Source: an uncultured virus (IMG/VR IMGVR_UViG_3300025889_000096) (lineage: Duplodnaviria; Heunggongvirae; Uroviricota; Caudoviricetes). Taken from it: DNA of 64,000 nucleotides. Positions 30,801 to 43,600 of the stretch are shown one piece after another. Positions within the stretch are counted from its first letter, which is position 1. Every line of letters begins with the position of its first letter. A program made the translations under genes and the position numbers. The notes under the pieces were generated by a model. The model saw nothing but the letters and a program-made list of their open reading frames with translations. It made no database searches and was not told the DNA's origin. Location of the stretch: IMG/VR virus record IMGVR_UViG_3300025889_000096, one strand, 5' to 3'.

Positions 30801-33097
30801 GCTGGACCGTCTGCAGAAAGTCCACTTATTGTCAATGAATTTGAATTTATTGTAAATTTATCTACAGTTAAAACTTCTGTTGCACCATCTTCTCTTGTTA
30901 ATGTATATCTTTCTTCGTCAAAAGGAAGGAAGGTTTCATTATCACCTGATATTTGAGTAATTGAATTTGATACAATATTTACATAATACTGCTTTCTTAT
31001 AGTTAAGTGGGAATTTGTTAAGTCAACTTGTGAAATATATTTTTTGGGAAATTTTGTATATAAAGTATTATCTACAGAACTTTGTAAATTTGTGCTTAGA
31101 ATTCTAAAATCTGATGGTGAAATAGAGACTGATGGAAGATTGCCATCACAAATCCCAGTAACCGATGTTACACCACTAATTGTTATTGATCTATTTGATA
31201 TGACGGATTCAATCTTTGCAAAAGAAATGGTCGATAATCCTGCATTAGTATCTGTAAACGCCACTATGTTTCCTATAGTAGCTACGCCAACAAAATTAAA
31301 GTCTAAAGATGTTACTGTGCTAATTCCACTAGAAGCAGATGATATTGCAACTTGTCCAATATTTTTTGATGTTACTAATACGGTATCAGCAGTAAATGTA
31401 TAAGCAGATCCAACTATTCCATAAATCGATTTTACGTCACTAGTTCCATATTGCCTTACTGTTCTAGTTACTCTGCTATTTTCAATATCATCAAAAATAA
31501 GTTTTTCACCTAGAGAAAACCTACCTTTTATATCATAAACAGTTAAAGCTACTCCTGCGGAAACATCATATCTTAAAAATCCAACAGCACCACTCTCTTT
31601 TCCCCTTACATGAGTCGGTGTGTTTAAAGTTATGGGTTCATTTAGTGATATTTCTGTGTAAGTATGAAGATCATATAGAGATATATCCCATTGATTTTCG
31701 TCTTGGTTTGAAGTTGCATATGTTCCAGATTCTAAAGCAAAATCATAAACTCTAGCAAGACCAATTTCCTTTCCTGGTGCCAATGTTTGCAAGGATCCAA
31801 CTCTAGAATCTCTAAGGCTTACATAATAATCCGTACCAATTCCAATATTCGGAGATCCATAAACCCTATTGAGAGTATATGTTGGACCGGTATAATAATT
31901 TAAACTTTGTCCTAAAAGACTATTTGTATTCCTTGGTTTTTCAAAATCAATTAATTGTGTTCCAATAGATTCAACTTCATATCCTTTCACATAAGCTTTG
32001 AATGGTGATACTGAATATAATCCAATATCATCAGACGGAACTTGATTATTATATGTTAATTGATTTTCTCCAAATACTCCATTATTTCCCTTTAAATCAT
32101 TTAAAGAGTTTAAAACTGATACATTTGGTGGTTTTACATAGTAATCACCAGACTCTTCATAAGTTCTTCTTGCAAATTCTTGAGAAAGAATTTCATATTC
32201 TGGCGTTTTTTCTATACTTACAACTTGCCCATCAAGAACTTGCATCAATTCAACAAAGTTCTCTTCATTTGTTGAATCAAAAGGCACTTGTTCTAATTTT
32301 AAATAGATTATAAATCTATCGGCACCTGGAGCAGAATAATTACTAAATCCTTGAGAATTGTCGAATAGGTCGGAATCGTCAAAAGCAGTTCTTATACTTT
32401 CATATACTCTAAAACCAACTCTTGCTGATGGATTTGGAATATATGGATTTAAATATAAAACAGAAGTTGGTACTGATATAAAATGACCTCTAACAAAAAA
32501 TACACCCTCCTCAAGAAAGACTGAAGATCCAACATAAGTGGATTTAACAGTTGCAAAAGATTCTCCACTAGAAAAAGAAATATTAGAAGGTTCTACTTCA
32601 TCAAATTCTAAAGTACTTGGATCTATAAAAGATGTATCGTATTCATATATTAAATTCTCTCCAGATAAAAATGTTTTTTGATCTGGATTATCTGGACTAG
32701 GTGATATATAAGTCACAAAAATAATTGGATTTTCTCCAGTATCTTTGGCAGTCAAATATCCATCAACTTTGGCAAGAACTCTACTATTCTGCCCTCTTAT
32801 TGTCAAATCAGTAAAGTTTTGAAAATAATAATCTGAAGGAATTCCCTGAAAAGTTTTTTCTAAAACAACTGTAGATAAATCGTTTTTAAAAAGTATGTTT
32901 CCCGGAATAACAATAGAACCATCTTTAAAAATATGACTTCCGAAGGTTTCAATTTGATTTTGTAATATTGATTGTAATGTTGTTAATTCTCTTGCCTGGA
33001 CGGGAAACCCTGGTTTAAATAAAACTTTATAACTATCACTTATCGAAGAAAAGTCATCAAAATATGGAGAAATGTTTAGATTTGTTTCTTGTGGCAT
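27845..33097 (-). CDS. VrlC-like (DUF4815-type) virion structural protein, N-terminal part
   Basis: N-terminal NISPYFDDF...LFKPGFPVQARELT, APGADR, RFKSGFFVDNF; follows g8. Confidence 0.85.
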   Translation of the reverse strand: MPQETNLNISPYFDDFSSISDSYKVLFKPGFPVQARELTTLQSILQNQIETFGSHIFKDGSIVIPGNILFKNDLSTVVLEKTFQGIPSDYYFQNFTDLTIRGQNSRVLAKVDGYLTAKDTGENPIIFVTYISPSPDNPDQKTFLSGENLIYEYDTSFIDPSTLEFDEVEPSNISFSSGESFATVKSTYVGSSVFLEEGVFFVRGHFISVPTSVLYLNPYIPNPSARVGFRVYESIRTAFDDSDLFDNSQGFSNYSAPGADRFIIYLKLEQVPFDSTNEENFVELMQVLDGQVVSIEKTPEYEILSQEFARRTYEESGDYYVKPPNVSVLNSLNDLKGNNGVFGENQLTYNNQVPSDDIGLYSVSPFKAYVKGYEVESIGTQLIDFEKPRNTNSLLGQSLNYYTGPTYTLNRVYGSPNIGIGTDYYVSLRDSRVGSLQTLAPGKEIGLARVYDFALESGTYATSNQDENQWDISLYDLHTYTEISLNEPITLNTPTHVRGKESGAVGFLRYDVSAGVALTVYDIKGRFSLGEKLIFDDIENSRVTRTVRQYGTSDVKSIYGIVGSAYTFTADTVLVTSKNIGQVAISSASSGISTVTSLDFNFVGVATIGNIVAFTDTNAGLSTISFAKIESVISNRSITISGVTSVTGICDGNLPSVSISPSDFRILSTNLQSSVDNTLYTKFPKKYISQVDLTNSHLTIRKQYYVNIVSNSITQISGDNETFLPFDEERYTLTREDGATEVLTVDKFTINSNSLTISGLSADGPAKLTATLRKTNVTSKIKNRNKVKSIIVDKSIYSASGTGSTTLNDGLIYGESGYPYGTRVQDREICLLEPEVTKIYGIFESSDASSNPKTPRLTLSSLNGPTNKTGDLLIGEHFVGSLSNSKAIYIGKIDDSVIEFADTNQVPFIVGEVITFEESGIKASISSIDIGDQNITASFALERNQKDTIYDYSKIVRYSNRKAPTRKIRVIFESAGFSSSDTGDLTTINSYDQFDYSEIGTVSENITLRKSDILDIRPRVSNATSGVSTRSPFEFLSRSFTEQGNSASNVLASDESILLDYSYYLPRIDKISVDSRGSIEVTEGISDDIPIPPIISEDSLEIATITHPPYLFNVNDSKLNLNQYKRYRMSDIGRLETRIENLENYTTLSLLETNTSNLQIIDENGLDRFKSGFFVDNFKSKTSQSISSFFRNSIDIEKSQLKSQEHVTSLDLLLATNSLPGVGNNPNLNADFSTDTNLIGAGAKRTGQLITLDYIEENYIKQPYATRTVSVSPYSKVSYEGKMTLYPSSDSWVEETSDSSEVLKYLDSEQITEETITQLLNNSASNNSVTFDTANSQWIIGEQELSRSTSVVADKALFCRSRNIQFTAKGLTPNTLHYAFFDSRDVKSYIIPKLLEISMTSGKFEVGELVIGSFDDSATSNNPQIKFRVAQANHKYGDFNSPSEVYERNIYNPNEILPTEYGASSTILNVDTYSLSNQPQGEYYGYVAKDMILRGQASGAQAKITNIRLHTDNIGNIIGSFFIPDPKQEVNPKFNTQTAIFRLTDSETNAQISGVTNSSAQEKYLAQGTIKKSLVTLTMIREFKINVEPPPPPPPPPSRPSKSEGVPITIISERRPDVSPGETVSQPQPPAAPTPTTTYFNWGTAKIGNAAATRLKEIAKTAGINPNLIQKIEQGMDKNVVARVTQAINNSSWASTVNTTVTGRAINPETATTRAAPVAPPSPPVSRAVSVPTSSKQPTRSRNNNNRRNK

Positions 33098-33103
33098 GAT
33101 TTT

Positions 33104-34660
33104 TTAGAATTGCAAAATTACTTTAATATCTTCTTTTTGATTTATAGACCTAGTAATTGATGGTCTGTTGTCAACATAAATTATATTACCAGAATATTTT
33201 TTAACCTCTGGGTTTGAAACTCCATTTGTAAATGACTGTCCAAGGTAGTATGTTCTATTATTTATTGAAGTTGATAAGCCAGTAAATGCATCGTCAATTG
33301 TTAAAGTAACACTTCCCCCAATAATATTCAGATTTCCATCTCCAGTTGGTGAACTTGTAAATCTGTTTAAGTTAAACCCATATGATGGAGCATTATTTTG
33401 GGATCCATTAGTATTAAATCCAACCAATGATTTGTCCTGCCAATACTTTAATACTCCTGTTGTTGAATCGTAAGAAATAACCCTACCAACAGCAGTTACT
33501 CCAGTTCCTATTGTTTGAGTGAATCTAGAATCTGCAGTAAAAACTGCAGATTCTAATCCTGCACCTGTTAATTTTAATGCGTATACGGCACTTGCCTTTG
33601 CATCCGAAAGTAAAGTTGTAGTTTGACCAAATATTACTGGGTTTTCTACAATTCCAACTCTAGCAATTTGATTTCCTGTAACAAAATCCGGATTTGTCGC
33701 ATCATTATCAATTCTAGAGTAAATTAATACATTTTTTGCCCCGAGTTCTCTATAAATATCTGCTCCATGACCTCCTTTAGGTGGAATGATAACATCAAAA
33801 GTTGGTCTAGTAGATCCAGTAGGTGCTCCCCCCGATTCTAAATCTACACTGCCATATGTATATCCAGAACCACCATTTGAAATAGTAATAGATTCTACTT
33901 TAGACTCACTGTTAACAACTATTGTTGCCTCTGCCCCGCTACCATCACCCTTGATTGGAACTTTTAAATAAGTTCTATCTGCCGTTCCAACTCCAACACC
34001 ACGATTTGTAATAGTTATTATTTTTATTTGTCCACTAATAGATGCATTATTTCTAACTGATGCATCTTCAGTATTTGTTTCCCAATCTCTGGGTACAGGT
34101 ATAAAGTTTGTGGAGTCAAACTTTATAATATCATTCGGTTTTATAGTATAAAGGTATTTCCAAATATAACCATCGCCACTATCTCCAGCACCTCTTGGTT
34201 CTAAATCGGTAAAAGTTGGTTCATCTAAAGATGGTTTTCCTGTTGGATTGTCGGGATCAATGCCATTGAAAAGACAAACGTAAACTTTATAATCTCGATT
34301 TACTACAAAATAATTTGCATCATATAAACTTATTGCCCCAGATGGTTTTGATGGTTTGCTAGAACTAATATCATGACGGTACATGTCATAAATTGTTCCA
34401 GAAGTCCATGTTGTCTTTTTGACAACTTGCTTTACATCACTACTATTAATTTTTTTCAATGCAATCATAGTATCCCAATAATCATTTTCCTGCTCAAAAC
34501 TATCTCTAGGAGATGGCGGTGTTGTATTCCAAGTAGAACTATAATCTGTTGCATTTGGAAGTCCAACAAATGCATAATAAGAATTTGTGTCTGAAGTAGC
34601 TGCAGACACAAAGTTTTTGGCATTCAAAATTCTAAGTTGATCAGTTATAATTGCAGACAT
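33104..34660 (-). CDS. g8: Baseplate wedge subunit gp8
   Basis: DGYIWKYLYTI, PPKGGHG, C-terminal QKEDIKVILQF. Confidence 0.92.
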   Translation of the reverse strand: MSAIITDQLRILNAKNFVSAATSDTNSYYAFVGLPNATDYSSTWNTTPPSPRDSFEQENDYWDTMIALKKINSSDVKQVVKKTTWTSGTIYDMYRHDISSSKPSKPSGAISLYDANYFVVNRDYKVYVCLFNGIDPDNPTGKPSLDEPTFTDLEPRGAGDSGDGYIWKYLYTIKPNDIIKFDSTNFIPVPRDWETNTEDASVRNNASISGQIKIITITNRGVGVGTADRTYLKVPIKGDGSGAEATIVVNSESKVESITISNGGSGYTYGSVDLESGGAPTGSTRPTFDVIIPPKGGHGADIYRELGAKNVLIYSRIDNDATNPDFVTGNQIARVGIVENPVIFGQTTTLLSDAKASAVYALKLTGAGLESAVFTADSRFTQTIGTGVTAVGRVISYDSTTGVLKYWQDKSLVGFNTNGSQNNAPSYGFNLNRFTSSPTGDGNLNIIGGSVTLTIDDAFTGLSTSINNRTYYLGQSFTNGVSNPEVKKYSGNIIYVDNRPSITRSINQKEDIKVILQF

Positions 34661-34683
34661 TTTTTAGGCTTTTTATTTATTTA

Positions 34684-37600
34684 TTAAGTATAATTTAGAT
34701 ATTTCAACGGATTTGATCTTTCCAAAATTGGAGATGTTGAAATACCAACCAAACCATTGTTATATACTGTAAAAGATTTTGTGTTTGAAGATCTAGAAGG
34801 GCAAGAAATTCTTCCCCAACTATATTCTCCAAAAAATTCACTATTACCAATTCCAGATAAACTATTATAATCTGATACACTAACAACAACCTGTGCAACG
34901 TATGTAACACCAATACCATATGCGGATGTCTGCGCTATCGATACGGAAGCAACTTCATAAACGTTATCAATAAAAGTAGAACCAATCGATAATACAGAAC
35001 CATTGGAATATATGGATGTAACACCATTTCCGATGTTTGAATTAAATACTACAAAATAATATCCAGTCTGTATTCCACTTACTGTTATTGCGGTCCCTAC
35101 AATCGTAGAATCTCTCAAATAAGAATCTTCTGGAATTAATAAATCAAACACGATTCCAGTAGATGCTACACCAACGCTAGTTGTTCCTACACCAGAAACA
35201 ATTCCAAAGTCGCCAGAGTATGATATTAACTCAATTTCTTCAATAACTGGTGATGGGGATTCAATAAGAACTACTGGCGGATTACTAGTTGTATAACCAG
35301 TACCTGCAAATGAGACCATTACGGATGAAATAGAACCACCAGAAATACTTGCTGTTGCTGTTGCTCTTTGAGTGGTTCCTAGTCCAACAGGATTTGAAAT
35401 AGTAACTGTTGGAGTTGTTGTATATCCAACTCCCCCATCACTTATTACTATTGAGGAAATAGTTCCAATTCCAGAGACAACTGCGGTTGCTGAAGCTGAT
35501 ACTAAAGAATCTTGGGAGATTATTTTAATTTTTTCTTGGAAAGATGCCGTAATATTTTCCCTATCACTATCAAAGAAAGTTTTTACATTTTCAACAAATA
35601 TTTCTGTAGATGCAACAGAAACTGGTTGTATTATATTGGATAGTGGATATATTCTGGGTTCATAAATGTCTCTATCTTTTCCTATAACTTTTCCATTTAC
35701 AAATATATCAGATCTCTGTCTACACCACTTTAAAGGTCTTTCATAATTTTCATCATCAGCGATTCCATAACCAAAATAAGGATTTGTATTGAAAGAATCA
35801 GTTGCATTTACCTCATGAACAAACCTAGTTTTTTCATCATATTTTGTATTATTGTCTACTAATCTTACATTATCGCCAACTTTTATTGTTTCTAAAATAT
35901 CAATATCAGCAACATCAACACTCCCAGTTCCTTTATAGAAAAGAATACTGCAAATATCTGTAGATTTTGGTGGTTCTGTAAATCTAATATAACTTCCACC
36001 ATCAAATACGTATCCGGAATTTGGAACTTGTAAAATATTATTTACAAATACTAACAAAGTAGCATCCAAGTCTATTAAAGATCCTGGTTTTTTTTCTATG
36101 GATCTTTGTATTCCATTTATTTTAAGTGGGAATAATGTTGTAGTGCCATCAAAAAGATTTTGGATGGAATCAAATACTTCAATGTCTCCTATAGACCAAC
36201 CATTAAATTTATCGGATTGAATTCTATCAACCGTAATTTGAAACTCTTCAAATGTGTATGAAGTGTCTGTTGGTATTCCTGCGGTTCCGCCAATAGAAAC
36301 TGTTAAAACATCACCGAGACTATATCCATATCCAAGATTTCTTATTTCAAAATCTATAATACTAGATCCTTGACCAACAACAATGTCAATCTTTGCTTCA
36401 GTACCAACTCCAGATGAAGAAGAACTGTAAACCAATGGAATATTTGAATATGATAATGGAGAATCAAATATTACAATTGGTGAATTTGATGATGTGTATC
36501 CAAAACCTGGATTTGTTATGGCAACACTTACAACATTTCCGCCACTAATTGCTGCAGTTCCAATAAACTCTATGCTTGGAGTTCCTAAACTTGAAATTGC
36601 AACGCCAACATTAACAATTGTTTGAATTCCTACACGATAACCAGAACCACTATTACCAATACTTATTGAAGATATAGTTCCTAAACCGGAAATAATAGCA
36701 GTCCCTCCAGCAGCAACTAATGGCTGATAACCAAGACCACTAGTAGATCCAACAGAAACTATTATTCCACCAATAGGAAGATTTGAAGTTCCATAGTCAT
36801 ATGCTGCAGAAATTCCAGTTCCAACAAATTGTATACTGGTTATTCCTACACTTTCTTTAAGTGTAAAACCACCTTCTATTGATATTGGAACAGTACTTCT
36901 TTGTGGTTCTTGTAAGATTTCATTAATTAGTATAATTGCATTACTTGTCGAAATGCCGTCAAGATCTACACCATTAGATTTAAGTGAAAATTCGGAAGAA
37001 ATTCCATTAAACGAAGATGAAATATCATCAAAAACATAGTTATGTGAATATGCATCTGTTGAAGAACCAACAACACCAGATCTCATAAATGTTCTACCAG
37101 TAAAAATAGTGCGTGTTGTAATTCCAACCCAGTCTCTTTCATGTGGAGAATTTGTTGCAGTTCCAATTGGTGTATCTCCAGCTGGAGCAGTAGCAAAATT
37201 TATTTTGCTGTTTACAATATTATAATTTCCTTCAGTCTTAGTAACGAGAGATCCTTGAGTATGTGCTTGTAAAGAAGTTCCCATCCAGAATCTATCTACC
37301 AAAATTGTATTAGTAGATCCGAAACCAACAGATTTAACTCTTACAATTTCATCATCAATTCTGAGAAGATCCCCACCAATGATATCGCTCACACTATCAA
37401 CTTTTAATTCATCTGTCGTAGTTAAAAGATTTTCGCTCAGTAGTGTAGTAACTGCTGTAGATACGAGTGGACTTTGAATGTTGTTGTCTAAGGTTACAAG
37501 AACTTTAGAGTTTTGATTCGTTGCAACTAATCTATGAATTGTTCCAAATCCAACTGAAGAGTCAAATTCAAATGTATTTGGGTTATATTTTAGTGCATCT

Positions 37601-40600
37601 TCTGCACTTCTAGAAAGTTTTATTGTAGAATCATTAACTTTAACAACGTAAACAGTTGGTGGTAATTTGTCCGTGAGTCCAATACCCGAAACTGCAGTTG
37701 AAGCAATACTTATTCTAACATTATTTGGATCGAATGTGTGATCATAAGATAATTTTTCACCAGTAACAAAGTAGTGATTTGGTATATTGATAGTATTATC
37801 ATCAATATTCATTATTGCTGGGTTTTCTGGATCAAAGTATCTTTCAAAAATGGCAAATCCTTTATGGTTTAGATTAAATTGCCTCTTAATGTCTGTTTGT
37901 GTACCCTCATATGTACCACTTGTTGATCTAATGCTCGCACTATTTAATTCTATAAAAGTATTATCAATTAAGTCATTTTGCAATCCAATTGCATTTTGAA
38001 AAACTTTAACCTCAATATCTATAGAAGGGTTTGGTGTGAATAAAAGTCTCGTATATATGGACGAAATATCCGCACTAAATGTCCCCAATGATGAACCTGT
38101 ATAGATTGGTGCATATTCGATGATGCTAACATCAGTGCCATTGTCAACAACCACAATTTCAGAAACTTGAGATTGGTTATTTGTGGTGTCATCAATGCTC
38201 ACAATATAATATGAAGCATTATAAGAAGTATTAAGGTATTGTGCAACTACATTTGATGTTGGTGATCCGGAAGAAGAAATTGATGTATAATGCGAGTCAA
38301 TTTTTCCTGTCCTAAGTGTCGTCGTTCCTACTCCCGTTGATGATGTAGTGTTTGCTATAGATACATTTAAAGTATTAATAATATATGAAACTCCAACACC
38401 AACATTTGGAGTTAATGTCAAATTAATAATATCTCCTGAATAATAAGCTCCATATGTTCCAATGCCAAAGGAAGCATTTGTATTAACTGAACTTATTAAT
38501 TGTCCATACTCAGTCAAACTTATCTCAGAACCATTATGAACTAATAAAATTTCATTAGATTCGTAATAACTTCCATCAGTTCCGCCAATTTCAACAAGAA
38601 CTTTTGCTGATGTATTCGTTGACGCAATACCAACAATAATATTTTCTGAGGTAGAACCAGATGGAATAATACTATTGGATGAATTGATATTAACAATATC
38701 TCCAAGAGCAAAAGTTCCAACCCCAGACAAAGTATCCTTTATATCGTATGAAATTAAACTTACATTAAAGTCATTTACTTCATAATCAACTGGGTAATAG
38801 TTTACATAAATTTCATCGCCAAAAATCTGAGCATCAAAATCTCCCATATCATTATTAGTATAAACTTTTGCATACTGATTCAGATAAACATTGTCGGATT
38901 TATTTAAAATAGAAACAAAATTAATTTGCCTATTTCCTGTGTATATTCTATCTTTTATAAATGCAAGTATTTTTTTGAAGGCAAAGTTATTTTTTCTATA
39001 TTTTCCAACTGTTGAATTTTTATCAGTTCTTGCAACGTTATTAAAATCTAAACTTACATCATCTATTTTTAAAACTCTATTTCCAATAGATTGAATATAA
39101 TCTTGGATAATCTTCGATTTTAAAATAATTTCATCAGATGCCTTATTTGAATCAAATTTAAATACCCTTTCCTTTGCAAGATCAAAGTTTTCAACGCATT
39201 CTAAATCGATAGTAGAATCAATATCTACAGTTACAGAAAGTTTACTTTCAGTTTGTTCCGTAGAAACACCAGATAAACTGGTATTTGATTCCAAAATTAA
39301 ATCGCTAAATTGTTTAAAACCAGCAGTGTGGTTATTGGCATCAACCAGATTTTTCCACTTATCGTGTGGAACCTTTGATTTTATTGAATATGAAAAATTT
39401 TGGTAATAATCACTATCCTGTACTGCCTGCAGACTATCATTTAAGAATCCAGAATTTGTGTTCCAACCTTTTCTTACAATAGATGACGGTGAGATTTCAT
39501 ATATTGCGTCAATATTAGACAATGATGACTTTACTTCTGCATTAAGTCCTGAAGATTGACCTATTATGATGTCTTTTGGAGTAAATGAATCTATGCCAGA
39601 AACTCTTAAAGTATTTGAATTAAAATCCCACTCTTCAACAACACCTTCTTTTCCATTTGAAGTAGTTATTATTTCTTTTGGATAAAAATCTGCGGATTCT
39701 AGTTCAATATTAAATAATGGGAAAAATCTTTCTGGAACTATTTTTCCAAAAGAGTACTCTGGAGCATAATCTCCAGGAATTTCTCCATCTTTAAGATAAC
39801 CGTTTAAATTAAAAGTAACTATTCCAGCAGCACCTCCAATGTTTGGATGTATGCCTGTTAATGTGAATAGTGCATAATTGTATGCAGATGAGTTGTATCC
39901 ACGACCAGTAGATCCTAGTCCAACACTTGTACTTTCAATTAGAACCTTTTCGCCTACAGCAAATGGATAATCATCACCACTACTATAAGAAACTGCAAGA
40001 CCAATAGTTACATCTTTAGTTGAACTATTAAAAGTGATAGAATTTATACCAATTCCATTTGAATTGTTAACTGGTATAATCTTTGGAATGTTTGATAATG
40101 AATTTGTATTATTGAGTATGGTCACAATACTATCACCAACTTCATAAGACAAATCAACTTCAGAAATAACTTTGTCTGTCAAAGAATCTATTACGATCAA
40201 ATCTGGTGCGGTATTATAATATTTTCCTGCGGATGAAATTCCTATTTTTTTAAACTTGTTACTAACAGTTACTTTTAAATTTTGAGGAAGTTTTGCTGTT
40301 GGTCTTAGAGTTTTATCTGAATAAAACTCTAAACCAATATCATCAATTTGTATTTCTTTTACTTTTCCAATATTAGTTGTATTTACTTCTAATACTGCCC
40401 CAGATCCACTTACTGAAGAAATACTTGTTATACCTGGAAGTGATAGATAATTTCTACCTACAGATGTTATTCTTGTTTCATTTATCGATCCAGATGTGTT
40501 TGTAGATGTTGTTGTATATTTTAAAGATGCTTCGGTGGACAAGTATGAAGATTTTTCTGGATTTAATACTACATTATACGTAAAAGCACTTGTAGTAACA

Positions 40601-43600
40601 CCTGATAGTGCAAAAACACCAGAGTAGATACTATCTGAGATTTTTAACTTATTATTTTCTGTTATATTTGATGAATCTAAAATTGGATTAGTTTTTAAAG
40701 GATTTTCTTCTTTATTAACTAAAACTAAAGTGTAATATAAAGATTCTGGAAATTCACTGTTTACATTAATAGTTACCTTTGCATTTGCATCTACGCCTAT
40801 AGATCCTGTTTTTACTACATCAAAGTCATTTCCTGCCTTTGTTTTTTTGAATACGTCTACCAGATTTTTGTCATCATATAAAACAAAATCAAAAGATGAT
40901 TTGCGAACTGACCCTTTTAAATACGATAAGGAAGAATCTGATACATCAAAAGTTACAGTTTGATTTTTAAATAATGTAATTGGTGGATTTATTGGTGATA
41001 TTGTTCCCAAAGATGCGCTAGTTATATCAATACATATTGGATTTAATATAGTTGAATCATAATAAGTTGTAGAAAGTTTAATTTTATTATTATCTATCTT
41101 TACAACATAATAAATTTGGTTGCTAGTTAATCCACCGGATGGAGAAGTTGATGTGTAAATAACTTTTTGTCCAGTATAATATCCGTGGTTGTTAATTGTA
41201 ATTGTATTTGTTGACGTGTTAACATCACCTGATACAAAATCTCTTGGATCAATTACAAGTCTATTGTTATATTTGTTATATTTTATTGTATGTGAAGTAG
41301 ATACTCCAGAAATACATTCAACTCTCACTACATCATCTTTAGAAAGACCATGTGAAGATGCTGTAGAAACTGTTACTAGATTTTTACTAACATCTCCAGT
41401 AATAACTTTTTCATAGTTAGTAGTAAAACTATGAATAGATCCAATACCAATACCTGTAAAATACAGAATATCTGTAGTAACACTACTATCAATACCCACA
41501 AAAGAACCAACCGAGTTCAATCCAACCCTATTTGTGGCAATACCAATTAAGTTTTCATTTATTTTTGCAGCATATACTATTTGATTCTCAGTTAATTGGA
41601 AAGAAGATACTCCGTCCGTTGAAACTGATATTGGATTTTCATTATCAGAACTATATGTTAGCGAGTCTCCAGTTTCTAGTCCATGGTTTAAAAGATATAT
41701 TGATCTTGTTGGAATAAACAATGAAGTTATTCCAGTTCCTGGATTTGAAAATGTAATAGTTGTGCCAATTCCAACTCCATTTAAAGTTCCAAGACCAACG
41801 GATTCGCTTGGATTAAAATAAATTTGTTGCTGTCTTTTTTTACTGTATTCTGCTAAAGATGAGTCTAATACAGCGCCGAAAGTAAATTTTCTTGGATTAT
41901 CGTATAAAATAGTTGATGATGAATGTGAACTTCCAACTGTACCATCTATAGATCTTTTAACTAAAATCCTATTAGATCCTGTATCTATAGACAATACTTT
42001 TACTTTTTCAGACCCTATTGTAAAAATATCATTTTCTATTGTAGTTGGTGGTATAGTAAAGAGATTGAAGTACGTAACAATTCCCGTTGCGCCTGTAGTT
42101 CCAATACCAGTAGATAATAATGCAGTTTCACTAGTTACGCCAATTGAATATAAATTTGAAATATATGTCGATAATGTACTAAGACCCGTTATATTGACAA
42201 TATCTCCTGTTACTAAATTGTGAGGAGACTCTGAAATAGCAATAAAGTCATTGTTTTGTGCTTGTGAATAAAATTCAACATTTAAAATGGAAGTATTGTT
42301 GACAGAAATTTGATCAATAGTTTTTCCTAAAATTGATTTTACTTCAGCAGCAGCACTCTGACCGCTCGAATTTTTATTATTAAAAATTAATCTGTCCCCA
42401 ACTTTATACCCATTACCACCAGTCAATATCCCAATAGAAGACATAGTTCCTGCAGCAGATTCTACTACAGTTGAATTCTTTCTTCTCACATTCTCTAGTG
42501 GTTCCAAATACTCGTAACCACTATTTTTATTCAATATATTATAATATCTAGTATTTCTTAATATATTTTTAGAATTTAAATCTACTTTATCTTGATTGAA
42601 ATGCGGTAAAAAATTCTCATTAATAGGTTTAGATTTATAAGTATTTCCAATAAAATATGGAAATACTGGTTTTCTAAAGTTTTTAAAAGGTCCCGAGGAA
42701 GAAACACTCTTACCATCTATTGTTGCAAAATAAGCATATGTTCCATTTGGATATTCTGGTGTTATGCAAAATCTCCCATTGTGCTCATCTAGATCTCCTG
42801 AAGAATTAAATTCATAATCTTCAACAAAAAATCCTTTTGGATAAAATGAGGTGTTTGGTCTATTTAACCCCAAAGAAGTCTTTAATACATAACCAGATTC
42901 AATTGCTTTTATTTTTGAATTAGAATTTTTCTCATACCCATATGGACCATAAATTGGGTTACCATCATAAGACCATCCAATTATAGGTGAATGTAATTTT
43001 GATAATGTTTCTATATTATTTTCAATTATTAAATCTTGGGTATAACTTTGAATGCCATCAAAAGTTAAAACAGATTGCCTCAATTTTCTTGGTGCATATA
43101 AATGGAAATACTGCAATCCGTATTGAGAATTTAGACTTTCCGAAATTATTCCATCATCATCCTTTATTTGATTATTTTTTACTATTCTCTCAAATAAGTT
43201 GACATTCCATTCTTTTGTTCTTGTATAAAAACTAGCTCCAGACCCAGAAGGAATTACATTTATACTCGATTTGTTTGCAATGTATTCAATTCCACCCTTT
43301 ATTACTTTAACTTCTACCAAAGAACCATTAGATAATACTGGAGTTAGAACTGCACCAGTTCCTGGTCCAATGAATTCAAATTCTGGTGGAGAAACATATC
43401 CAGATCCACCACTAATAACCAATATTTCTACAATAGATTGTTTACTAATCACTGGGACTATTTGTGCCCCACTTCCATTTAGTGTACTGATCTTTGCTTG
43501 CCTATTATAGTTTAATATTTCTTCAGACCCATAATTTTTTCCGCCATTTTCTAAAAATACGGACTCAATTTGGCCTCTAACTATTGGTTGAACTTTTGCT